Below are positions 32,735-50,937 of a stretch of DNA of 64,000 nucleotides, one piece after another (position 1 is the first letter of the stretch; every line of letters starts with the position of its first letter). The notes under the pieces were generated by a model. That model did no database searches. It worked only from the letters and a program-made list of their open reading frames with translations, and was not told where the DNA came from. Source of the stretch: the human T2T-CHM13v2.0 reference genome, Homo sapiens; assembly GCF_009914755.1 (NCBI RefSeq), contig NC_060930.1; one strand, given 5' to 3'. The position numbers were made by a program, and so were the translations under genes.

Positions 32735-33032
32735 TTTTTTCTTCTTTTTTTTGAGATGGAGTCTCGCTGTGTCATCCAGGCTAGAGTGCAGTGGTGTGAT
32801 CTCGGCTCACTGGAAACTCCGCCTCCCGGGTTCAAGCAATTATCCTGCTTCAGCCTCCTGAGTAGCTAGGATTACAGGCGCCCACAACCGCGCCTGGCTA
32901 ATTTTTCTATTTTTAGTAGAGACGGGGTTTCACCATCTTGGCCAAGCTGGCCTAGAACTCCTGACCTCGTGATACACCCACCCAGGACTCCCAAAGTGTT
33001 GGAATTACAGGCGTGAGCCACCATGCCTGGCC
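32735..33032 (-). mobile_element. AluS
   Basis: Reverse dimer; AAAA(T/C)TATT on both flanks. Confidence 0.93.
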
Positions 33033-33127
33033 AAAAACTATTTTTTAAGACTAACACATTTCATCTAACATGATTTTGAGTAACTCTTTATTAATATACC
33101 TTTTTCATTTTTCCCTTTCTTTGACCA

Positions 33128-33755
<628 letters not shown>

Positions 33756-34019
33756 CTCTTTGAACAGTTTAATATAGACCTAAAACTGTATATAGTATGT
33801 ATGGGATTATGAAGGTGGAAGTAAAGGATGATATTAAGAATTTTTCTTGTAAAGATCTAGCACTCCTAGAATCTTTCCTACCTAATATGCAAACCAAGGA
33901 TTACTGAAACAGAAGTTTTGAATCTGGAGGCTGTTCTGTAGTCCTTGGTTTCTATATGAAAATAAAGCCTTTACTTGAAAAATATATATTAAATGTAGAA
34001 TGTATAAATATTTTATATT

Positions 34020-34574
<555 letters not shown>

Positions 34575-36426
34575 ATATTTTAAATTTTCTATAACTAGTA
34601 TTTTATATGTATAAATGTCTTTATACGTAAATATAAAAAGATAAATATATATGTATAGAACTAGCTATATACTTCTCTATTTATTTATATATATCCCATT
34701 AGAGTACAAGTCTTATTTATCATTGAAATACTTCCTCCACTATACCAGGACCCTCAGTGCTGAGGGTGGCTACATTCTGAGTAGAGAACATCTTTGATTT
34801 TTTAGTCTACAGTCGCAGCTGCTGCATTTTTCTTTGATGTCTTGTGACCCATTTGTCACTGCTAGTCCTCTGCTGTTCTGCCATTGACACTATATAAGGT
34901 TATGGAATCTTCTGGTCCAGCTCCTATTCAAGCCTTTACATACATCTTCCCTCAGAGGACTATCTGCTACTATCTGCTAGCAGTCTAGTTTCTCCCCACT
35001 ACCTATGTTAAGCTCAGACAGTTCAATCAGATTCCCCATACCACAGCCCTAGTGCCCAGTTTGTCAGCAGCACTAACATTTCCACACTGAGTTTTCTCCT
35101 TGTAGAGGTGTGATGTCCAAGCAGGCTCATGTCTCTTTCCTGATGGAACCCATAATATCTGTCCTTGCCAGTTCCTGTCAATGTACCTCTCACCCCTGTC
35201 CCTAACACACAGGAATTATTCTGCCCCTATTGTTGAACATATAGTTATATTGCTTCTACAGACCTGAATTCTAAACCATAAAGATACAAATATCTATTTA
35301 TGCTCATCCCTATTAGTCACTGTCTCTTTAGTAGCTGAAGCATAAAAAATTTCTTTAAAAATAAGAAGAACTCTAATATGAGAGGTCATTAGTCCCTTAG
35401 AGCTCTCGGCAGCATTTGAGTTTATCTTATAAGATGGAATGTCCTTTCGTCTCTTAATTATATCCATAAAACTAATGAAACTTTAATAAGAAATCTAGAT
35501 TCCATTAATAGGTTTTGGACATCACAGACATATTTGCTTGTTTGTTTTTAAGTGGGGCAGAGAATAAAGCCCAACCTCCAACATCTATGCCTGCTCTATC
35601 TGCACGACATTGACAAGAGCAGAGGCCAAACGTGAGCGGACAGATTCCAAGAGGAGGGTCCTCTCATGTAGAGCTACTCTCGTGTCTTACTGTTGGGTCT
35701 CATTATGCTACTTAAGAGCAACACAAAATAGTCTTACAGGTTACTAGAAAGCCAGAATAAATAAAAGGAAGGCTTATTAAAAAAACCATATTCCCAGGAA
35801 AACTCTGGGTTAATGCCTACTCAGAAAGGAAAGAAAGAGAGATGCCAAAACAGATTATGTATTACTTTAATTGAATCTCTGTATATGATTTGATTAAGGT
35901 TTTTTGCCATACTTAAGACAAGACAGTGTATTCATCATGACTTTACATCGTATTATGTTCTGGTTATGTAATTATAAAATAATTAAATTGCCTTCATAAA
36001 ATTATATGAAAATTCAATGATTACATTTTAGAAATGGACCACTTAAGCCTGTTCAGTTTCTAACCCATAATAAACTTGGCACCCCTAGAGAGCACTGGAA
36101 GTGAGACATAAAGTAAGCATTACTTGGCATTCTTCCACAAAAATTCCTGCTGTGGAAGATTGCCCCCTTCAAATAACATCAAGTACTAAACTAGTATTTA
36201 ATTTAAAACTCTTTAATCAACAAAGATCCCAACAACCGCTAAAACTTCACTGCATGCCAATTTTAACTACCAATTATGAAATCACTGCTAATGCAGTCAA
36301 TAAAATAGGAGACTTTGAATTGGGGATGAGGGAAGGGTACTGAAACATAGAGATTAGGAGATCACTATCTCGTTTCTTAAAGAAAAATTCTGCAGTAATT
36401 TAGCTGAAATTAAGATCAGAGGTGTT

Positions 36427-36729
36427 GGCCGGGCGTGGTGGCTCACACCTGTAATCCCAACACTTTGCGAGGCTGAGGCAGGTGGATCACAAGGTCAGGA
36501 GTTCCAGACCAGCCTGACCAACATGGTGAAACTCCATCTCTACTAAACATACAAAAATTAGCCAGGTGTGGGGCGGGCACCTGTAATCCCAGCTACTCGG
36601 GAGGGTGAGGCAGGAGAATCGCTTGAACTCGGGAGGTGGTGATTGCAGAGAGCTGACATTGTGCCACTGAACTCCAGCTTGGGCAATAGAACAAGACTCT
36701 GTCTCAAAAAAAAAAAAAAAAAAAAAAAA
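36427..36729 (+). mobile_element. AluSg-like
   Basis: Full dimer with long A-tail. Confidence 0.94.
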
Positions 36730-36855
36730 GGTGTGAGTTCTTTTTAACTAAAACTGCTTTAGGCAGGTACATCTCACTCAGTTACTCTTATTTTAATTAA
36801 CATGGTGAAAGTATAGTGTCCTAAAATCTACCATCCTGAAAAATTAAGTTTATTT

Positions 36856-37177
<322 letters not shown>

Positions 37178-40100
37178 TGAAAAGATCAAGACAAAAGAAA
37201 CCCTTTCATAACTAAGCATCAGGCAACCATGAGAAGATCAATGTATTGAAGAGAAACTTCCAAGTGATGGGTGGTATTGGGAAATTAGAGATTTGGCCCT
37301 TGAATCAGTAGATATAGGATATCTCAGCAGGCATCAAGTGAGGTTTGAAAGTCATTCATTTAATTACCTCCTATCATTCAAAGCATTTTAGACTTGCCCA
37401 GCATGTTTTACATTTCAATTCACTTTCACATCTATTAGTTTAGCTGCAAGATCATGACAATGCACAACAGGAAGAGGTCCTGAGAAAGTCAAGTCCTCCG
37501 AGTAAATTTGGTAGGAATCTACCTCTATCACCAGCTGGGAAGTAGGCAATGATTGACACATGCAGATTTGATCAGTCTTTCAGTGCCTGTACAGGAGGAG
37601 ACCCCCCTAGGGAAGGCAGAAGTACTTTGGAAACAGAGCAGCCAGTGAGTGGGATCAGAATGGAGACCTGATCTTAGAAGTATCTCACAGTCAAAGCAAA
37701 GCCAGTCTCAAGTTAGAGATCAGCCTTTAAAAGGACAAGCTGATTCTGGGAAACATGAATCACTTAAGTTAGACAGCAGTTTCTGATTTGGTGATGGTTT
37801 TTTAAATTTTTGTTTCTTTCCATATATATAGGGGTTGTTTATTCATTCTGAACTTTGCTAACAGTGGGCCAACTTCTAAAACTTGGTTATGGTTCTCATA
37901 GGTGTATATTTTTAATATGCATAATTGAAGACATCTTTGTTTTTTCATGTCCATATATTTAAAATTTGAGAAATATAAATTCAAGTGAGAAGAGTTGGAA
38001 GAGGGGAGCAATATTATGGTTTAGATGACATGATCATTTCCATTTTCTTAGCTTATTAACATATTTTCCTATACCTCGCAGAATCAAGGTTTTATTTTAG
38101 TGTGACAGACAGAACCGGGATAGCAAGAAAAAGTCCAAAGTTAAAATACCACTGCAGCAGTTCCTCTGGATACTGAAAGAGTTTTCATGTTTTTGGCTCT
38201 CCACAAAGCAGATTAAAGCTTAAAACTTTCAGTGAAAACAAAAGAGACCCCAGGATTGAATTATCCCCATAGAAGGTTAAACAAAAAAACCCAAAAGCCC
38301 AAAAACTAGAATTAAACCTGGAGATTCCAAAGCAGACCCCAGTAGAAGGATTTTGTTTTCTCTGTGCAATCAATAAATGATACAGAGCTTTTTTAGGTAT
38401 CTGTCGCTAGATGGCACTATATAAACACCTTCATTTTCACTTTTCACATCTTCCCTTAGTAGTCAGAAAGGAGGCAAAATATCAGGTAAGGCAATCCTTT
38501 TAGTCTTCTTGAAATTGCTGCTGTTTATTAATTTAACTAAATCTTTAATTATAAACCTAAACACCTTGTAACAGATTTGCCAATACCTTAATCCTCTATC
38601 AGCAAGTACGGTTCCATTGACAGGAGATTGGCTCGAAGGCAGCTTTGGGTTTGTTATTTGACAGATAGGAAACTGAATAATAAGAAGGCAAGAAAATTGA
38701 TAATATGTGAAAGAGAAGACAGGAAAAAGAAATACATTTATGAGAAAATGTATAATCTTGAATTTTCTTTGGTTTCCATTAAACTGCCGGTGCCTCAGAA
38801 GATTGTCAGTTTAACGTTCTATCAGTAGTACCATAATTTATTCTTTTGTTATACCATGAGGATTGAAGACGAAAAGGCCCATGCTAGCAGGAGGCACAAG
38901 AAGAGATTATATATGCAAATAATTCTGTAGCTCTTGTACCAGGAGAGGGTTTGTCTTGTAATATTTCTTTGAAGACACACATAGAAATCTTTGATTGGTC
39001 TACAAAAAGCAAAATTGTGAGGCTAAAAAGAAGAGGGAGAAAGAGAAAGAATATTTGAAAAGAGTATGCAAAGCTATGATAAAAAGTCAGAAGATGGATG
39101 ACAACTGCAGCATCTTTTTTTTTTTTTTTTTGAGAGCTAAGAATAGTGGGGATGAGGGGGTGGGTAAGGCATGCAAAGCAATTTGGAGAAGCAAGGGTAA
39201 GTGTGTTCAAGCCTGGGGAATTGAGGACATCTGGTCATATCCAGACAAAATGTTTAATCTGTGTAACTGGCAGTGGGCAGGGGTAACCCAGCTAGCCTGC
39301 CTTCCAAGTCAGGTCGGCTGCTCCTCGACTCTGCTTCTCAGGAGTGGTGGGCTGTGTTCCATGGATCTGAGGTGCCATGTGCTGCTTTCTGCCCCCAGGA
39401 AAGAAGCAGACACCGAGGGAGAATTTTAAAGACTTCAAAGAGCCCGAGTGGACTACCACATCCCTGTAGCTGGCAGTCCTATAGCTGGCGGTCCTACTTG
39501 TCCAGTAAGGTTAGGGAGGAATGGAGAGGCGGAGGAGTTGGAATATGTGGGTAGGGGTGGGGTTGGGAATGAGTGAAGTGGAAGAGGGCTGGCTAAATGA
39601 GCTCTCCTCTTCCAGCACACATTCAGTAAACTTTCTCCCTTCCTCTGTATTTCAGCTTCCAAACATTGGCTCCTCTCTGAAAAGGTCACCCTGCTTTTCA
39701 GACAGAATTTGTGACTCTCGGCAGCTGGGAATACTTTGGAACTGAAGAGAACCTATTAGGAGAGAGAAAAAACAGAGTCATGATTAAGCAAAAAAAAAAT
39801 GGAGAAAAGATTCACCTCTAAATTTTATTTAATGACAACAAAAACACACAACATTTCTCTTTGATTCATAACGTTAATAAATTCTACTTATCGTTTGCAA
39901 TAATTCCAAGGTGTTCTAAAGACATCTTTATATTAGAAAAGAGTTCCATATTAGTTTGAATTACTTCAGGAAAGAAATGCCCTATTCCACCACTACAAGT
40001 TATGGGGAAATCTATAGCAGAACATTTTGTACTCTCACTAATGAAGAAAGAACCCAGTAAGGATTGCTGTATTTTGGAGATTAGGGAATTGTGTTCACAC

Positions 40101-40437
40101 TCACAATAAAATGTTAAGCTACTACGTCAGAGAAGGCTTGGTTCATTTATTTTGACACCAGTATTTGAAATAATTTAGTTTCCTTGGTAAATGATCTGTA
40201 GACTCTTCCAAGTGTTGTTAGCTAAAATATTATTAATGTGAATTCATTCAACACACTTCATAATTTTGCTGAGAAATGAGACGTGAAAACTGCATGTTAT
40301 GGTCCCAAGAGGTGAAGGAGGGGAGCAGAGAGAGAAGCAAGGATGAACAGTGTGAGTGAATTTATGGGAGTTTAGAATGAGAGACTGGGAGGCACCAGCA
40401 ATAGAAAAACGAGATCATGAAATTTGAATTTTGCTAT

Positions 40438-41079
40438 TGTAGGAGTGGAAAGATGTGATACCTTTCCTCGCTCATCATAAAGGTCACAGCCGACACTTAA
40501 TACTCCTAACAAAAAGGCAGGTTAACAAAAGAAAAGCATAACATATTTTTAAAATCAAAGTTTTACATGACACAAGAGTCTTCAGAAGTGAAGACCCAAA
40601 GACCAAGGGAAAACTGCTTAGGTTCTATAAAGAATGAACAGCTGTACAGATAGGTAACTGGACAAAGGGGTATAACCCAATGGTAACAGATGAAGGTGGA
40701 AAGCTCAGCAAGGCCTGTCCAGCTTCATCTTGGCCTCACTGTGTAGTGAAACTTCCTCCCTGCCAACGGGGCAGGACCCCTTCTGAAATGAGGATCTTCA
40801 AGGAAGAAGGAGAAGAGAGACAGTAACCTTTCTAGGTGTTATGGCTTGCTTTGAGGGAGAAGGGTTCTAGTTTTTATGACTTACCTTGAAGAAGAAGAAT
40901 TCTGGTTTCTATGACTCACTTCAGGGGAGAGACAAGGACAAGAGAAAGGAGGGTAGGAGACAGTCAGAGAGAGGCTTTTCTTCTGAGGCTACTTCTGAAG
41001 CCTTGCAATCTCCTTTAGTTTTATGTACTCAGCATGCCAAAGCACCATACTTTGGGGTATTGTGTTCTGAGCCCCAACA
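40438..41079 (-). mobile_element. MER39-like (ERV1) solo LTR
   Basis: Minus begins TGTTGGGGCTCAGAACACAATACCCCAAAGTATGG; perfect TSD CTAT (40434-40437 / 41080-41083). Confidence 0.82.
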
Positions 41080-41332
41080 CTATCAATTATCATTCAGTTT
41101 CAGCTTGAAAAATGAACTCTGTGGTGAATAAGCACACTGGAGTAGTCCCTGAAGTGTCTACATTCTGCTCAACTAAACTGTTAGCACTGTGAAGAAGGCT
41201 TTTGGAAAACAAAATTTTGATATATTGACTCTAATTAAAAAAATATATAGCCACAGTCCAACTAACTCCAAATGAGCACATTATTGCAGAGTCCCTGGGA
41301 AATATTTTGTGGAAGTAAAATTTTGAGGGAGA

Positions 41333-41654
<322 letters not shown>

Positions 41655-42307
41655 TCAAGAAAGCTTGGAATGAGTCACTCTATCCCACAATTTCAACAAT
41701 TCTGTCCAGAGCCCGAGGTGCCAGGTGTGTTTTTGGCTTTGCTTCTGTGCAGGAGCTCTTGCTTCTCCATCTGAGCACCTTCTTTCTCATCCTTTCTGTA
41801 ATTCTCCTTTGTTCACCTACATTGTTATTCCATGAAGTCATCCCTGGATCCTCTAAGGCACCCCTGCTTCCAGGCCAGAATAATAACATCCTCTGACTCC
41901 CACTGTCCTTTATCTGAATTGCTTTCAGTTTGTTCTATAACTTACTTTATAATAATTTGTATATATAGCTTAATCTTCATTGAAATATAAGCTCCTCGCA
42001 GGCAGTGACTTTGTCAGAATTATCTTTTCAGGTAACAGACACCCAAATATATTTAAATCACTTAATCTTCATACAGCTCTAGGAGTAATGTTCCACGTGA
42101 ACTGTGGGCACATTACTAGGATTTTCCCCATCACCCAATGTAATCTAGTTCACATGTGCTAAAAGCATTCACTTGATGAATGTTTCCAATGTCTTTATCC
42201 ATCAGTATTTTATTAAATTTAAGCTGGGAATCATTTCTAACATGATTATACTCTTGCCCCCATGCCAGGCTGCATTAGGAGAGCCTGCTCTGTGATGACC
42301 TGAGCTG

Positions 42308-42418
42308 TGATGACCAATTGTCCCAGTTTGTGCAGAACTAAGGAGTTTTCCAGGATGTGGGATTTTCAGTGCTAAATTGGAGACAGTACCAGGTAAACTG
42401 GGTTGGTTGGTCACCCTA
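42308..42418. mobile_element. MER94-like hAT-Blackjack MITE
   Basis: TGACCAATTGTCCCAGTTTG...AAACTGGGTTGGTTGGTCACCCT inverted termini. Confidence 0.7.
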
Positions 42419-42643
42419 ACACTGCTCCCCAGCCCCCTGAATATTCTAATATTCTTCTGTTAGAGCTCTCATAAATGCAGAGTAATCTTTGATTTTCTTG
42501 TTTGTGTCTCTCACTAGACTAAATTTCTTATCTCTCTGTATCTCTAGCATCTAGCACAGTGCCTAGTACTTAACTGGTACTCTATAAATGGTTGTGGAGT
42601 GGATAAAGAATGAAAGAATATATGCATGAAGAAGAAGTAGAAA

Positions 42644-42730
42644 GGCTGCAGTGAGCCATAACTGGGCCAGTACACTCCACACTCCAGCCTGGGTGACAAG
42701 ATGAGGCCCTGTCTCAAAAAAAAAAAAAAG
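42644..42730 (+). mobile_element. Short Alu 3' fragment
   Basis: GGCTGCAGTGAGCC...CACTCCAGCCTGGGTGACA plus A-tail. Confidence 0.85.
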
Positions 42731-43274
42731 AGAAAAAAGCAACAACAATTTTTCCTCTTTATTTCCCCACAAGGACAAGAAATGTATCCTTTCTGTGTCT
42801 CAATCCTATTGTAGAGGGTTTTCAGAAAAATAGGGCAATGTGAAGAAAGCAGAGTTTCAAACTAAAGCCCAGAGGTTCATGGAAAACCTTGGCATCCTCT
42901 TCATAAGGAAGAGGCCCAAGAGACATACCATGAGCAGCCTGCTCCCTCCTCTCTTGTGCAGCTCAAATGTTTTCTCTTTTAAGAAGTCTTCTTTCACCCT
43001 CCTCCCACTCTGGACAGAGTCAGTTGCTGCCCACTCTGGGCTTCTATAGCATCTGTCTTCTCTGCTACTCTGAGGGCATCGTGAACCATCTGTACCTTAT
43101 TCATTTTTGGATCACCAGAAGCTGGCATTATATCTGGTCTATAGTAGGTGCTTGTTAAATGAATAAAAGAAAATGTTGAAAGCACAGGGAAATTTATTCA
43201 CAAGTGTTCCATAAGACAGAGGTAGAAATGAGAGGAGCTTCACTGAACTGAGTTGGGGAAAAAATAAAACGAGA

Positions 43275-43590
43275 GGCCAGGCACCTGTGACTCACATCTG
43301 TAATCCCAGCACTCTGGGAGGCAGAGGCCAGTGGATTGCTTGAACTCAGGAATTCGAGACCAGCCTGGGCAACATTGTGAAATCCCTTCTCTACCAAAAA
43401 TACTAAAAATGAGCCAAGCATGGTGGCACGTGCACCTGTGGCCTCAGCTACTGGGGAGGTGAGGTAGGAGAATCTCTTGATCCCGGGACATGGAAGTTGC
43501 AGTGGGCCGAGATCAGCCACTGCACTCCAGCCTGAATGGATGGAGTGAAACCCTGTCTCAAAAAAACAAAACAAAACAAAAAAGAAAGAT
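43275..43590 (+). mobile_element. AluJ-like
   Basis: Diverged dimer with (AAAAC)n tail. Confidence 0.92.
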
Positions 43591-44248
43591 AAGAAATGAA
43601 AGGGGCTAAATTTAAGAAGATATTCATCACAGCAACTTAGATTGAGTAAGTGGTTTGCATTCTTTATTTCATTTAATTCTAACAACAAACCTCTAAACGT
43701 TTAGGTTTTCCCTATTTTATAAAGGAGAACATTAAAGGTCAGAGAGCTTCAATAATTGTCACAGGTCACATATTCATAAGTGGCACAGACCAAGCTAGTT
43801 TCATATTCCATTTCATTTGATTTGGTTTAAGGAGTTTTGGAAAGCTGCTCCAAGCATACATTAGAGATAGAGAAGGGATGGGCAGGAAATACTGAGGAGA
43901 ATATTACTAACATTATTTTAAAAAAGCGGTGGAACGACCCACTCCCAAAATGCCCTTTGGAATATAATAAGAACACATGACTTCCTCAAAGCTCTCACTT
44001 CCTCAAGTACTATAGATTTTGAGATTTGGAGGAGGACAAGTTAATGTGCAGGGCTTGTAATTTTATATTTATGAGTAAGATGTGACTGAATATGATTATG
44101 TGATCTTTAGGGGAAAAAAAATCCAGTCTTACATCCCATCTGAAACTCAAAACCCTAGAGGAATTCCACTTATGAAAAGGAGAATCCTTAAAAGAAAGGA
44201 AAGTTTGAAAAGGATCCTAGGGCTGAAAGTCATAAATTTTAACAGAAA

Positions 44249-44284
44249 GTGTGTGTGTGTGTGTGTGTGTATGTGTGTGTGTGT
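44249..44284. repeat. (TG)n microsatellite
   Basis: Direct reading, one interruption. Confidence 0.9.
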
Positions 44285-44579
44285 AGGCAGGGAGGTGTTC
44301 AAGATTAGATTTAGTTATATTATATTAGATGTGCAAAAAAAAAAAAAACTTCAAAACCTTCTTTACTTCCTATACCTGCAGTGGTGTTAGAGGAAAGTAA
44401 CGAAACAAAAGAGACTTATATTTTAAAATTTTGCTAAAATACATGTAACACCTTAACCATCTTTAAGTGTATACAGTTCAATGATAGAACAACAAAGACT
44501 TTAACTTGCCAATTAAAGTAACTTCTGGATGAAACAATTGTGTTCTGATAAATATTTCATCAATTCCAGGGTCATCACT

Positions 44580-44950
44580 TGTATTAGTCCATTTTCACAC
44601 TGCTGTGAAGATACTACCTGAGACTGGGCAATTTATGAACAAAAGAGGTTTAATTGACTCACAGTTCCATATGGCTGGGGAGGCCTTAGGAAACTCACAA
44701 TCATGGCAGAAGGTGAAGGAGAAGCAAAACCTTCTTCACAAGGTGGCAGGAGAGAGAGAGGGAGAATGAGTGCAGTGGAAACTGCCACTTTGAAACCATT
44801 AGATCTTGTGAGGACTCCTTCACTATCAGGAGAACAAAATGGGGAAACCGCCCCCATGATTCAATTGCCTCCCACCAGGTCCCTCCCTCCACACTTGGGG
44901 ATTACAATTCGAGATGGGATTTGGGTGGGGACACAGAGCCAAACCATATA
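44580..44950 (-). mobile_element. THE1/MST (MaLR) solo LTR, THE1D-like
   Basis: TGTATTAGTCCATTTTCACACTGCT...GGGGACACAGAGCCAAACCATAT. Confidence 0.88.
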
Positions 44951-45749
44951 AGCTCCATACTAGGGATGTTCCTCCCCTCTTTGTTTATCTACTCAAGATA
45001 GCATTTGTAGGGGAAAGTTCTCTCAGCAGTGCAGGCACTGAGCATTCATAAATGACTTTCTATTGGTCTTTGTGACCTGGTGGATAGTCAGAAGGGGTCT
45101 CTAGACTAGTATCCACTGAAGTGTAACTGGAAAGTCCATTTTGCCTCTCTGGCTGTTTCTACCAGCATCCTTCCTCAATGCTCCACCCTAAGACTTGCAC
45201 ATCCAACTTCTGACCATATTTTTCTGGAAGGGGAGAGACTTTGTTTTCTTTCTCTCTGGAAAATACTTCCTTGATATCATATCCTTCTTTTTCCTGGTAG
45301 CACTAAGCACAATGACTCAGCCTTAATTGTGGATGAGCTATCTTCTCCACATGTTGAAAGAAACTGATTTGCACTTGCCAGGTATGGCTCTTGATAAGGG
45401 AGCATTGTCATAACTTAAAAAGAGGAATTACTGTGGACCAAACAAAATATTGCTCTTATCACATATATAAATAAAACTTTGAAATTGACAACCTTAGATC
45501 AATGAATGTAAAACATCCTTACTAGATTTTATCTAAATTCAATCTTTTTGTTTTTATATTATTATACTTTAAGTTCTGGGACACATGTGCAGAATGTGCC
45601 ATTTTGTTACATAGTTATACAAGTGCCATAGTGGTTGGCTGCACCCATCAACACATCACCTACTGTCCTTCCAGTAGCCCCCTACCCCCAAACAGGCCCC
45701 GGTGTGTAATGTTCCCCTTCCTGTGTCCATGTGTTCTCATTGTTCAACT

Positions 45750-49863
<4,114 letters not shown>

Positions 49864-49926
49864 TATGTTGCTAGCTGGTTATTTTGCCCATTAGTTGATG
49901 TAGTTTCTTCATGGTGTCGATGGTCT

Positions 49927-50937
49927 TTACAATTTGGTATGTTTTTACAGTGGCTGGTACCAGTCGTTCCTTTCCATGTTTAGTGCTCCCTTCAGGAGCT
50001 CCTGTAAGGCAGGTGGTGGTGACAATATCTCTCAGTATTTGCTTGTCTGTAGAGGATTTTATTTCTCCTTCACTTATGAAGCTCAGTCTGGGTTGAAAAT
50101 TCTTTTCTTTAAGAATGTTGAATATTGGCCCCATTCTCTTCTGGCTTATAGGGTTTCTGCAGAGTGGTCTGCTCTTACTCTGATGGGCTTCCGTTTGTGG
50201 GTAACCCGACCTTCCTCTCTGGCTGCCCTTAACATTTTTTCCTTCATTTCAACCTTGGTGAATCTGAGGATTATTTGTCTTGGGGTTGCTTTTCTCGAGG
50301 AGTATCTTTGTGGTGTTCTCTGTATTTCCTGAATTTGAATGTTGGCCTGTCTTGCTAGGTTGGGAAAGTTCTCCTGGATAATCACCTGAAGAGTGATTTC
50401 CAACTTAGTTCCATTCTCCCCGTCACTTTCAAGTACACCAGTCAAACGTAGATTTCGTCTTTTCACATAGTCCCATATTTCTTGGAGGCTTTGTTCGTTC
50501 CCTTTTTATTTTTTTTTCTCTAATCTTGTCTTCTTTTTTTATTTTTATTTCATTAAGTTGATCTTCAATCTCTGACATCCTTTATTCTGCTTGATCAATT
50601 CAGCTATTGATACTTGTGTATGCTTCACGAAGTTCTTGTGCTGTGTTTTTCAGCACCATCAGGTCATTTATGTTCTTCTTTAAACTGGTTATTTTAGTTA
50701 GCAATTTGTCTAACCTTTTTTCAAGTTTCTTAGCTTCCTTGCATTGGGTTAGAACATTATCCTTTAGCTGGGAGGACTTTGTTATTATCCACATTCTGAA
50801 GCCTACTTCTGTCAATTTGTCAAACCATTCTCCATCCAGTTTTATTCCCTTGCTGGCGAGGAACTGTCATCCTTTGGAGGAGAAGAGGGGTTGTGATTTT
50901 TGGAATGTTCAGCTTTTTTGTGCTGGTTTCTCCCCAT
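49927..50937 (-). pseudogene. Disrupted L1 ORF1
   Basis: ATG 50937; fragments 50600-50815, 50146-50466, 49871-50134 in different frames. Confidence 0.85.

Noticed and set aside
38995-39429. 144-aa ORF as a protein-coding exon
   Set aside because: Non-ATG start, crosses a poly-T run, low complexity, no recognisable family.
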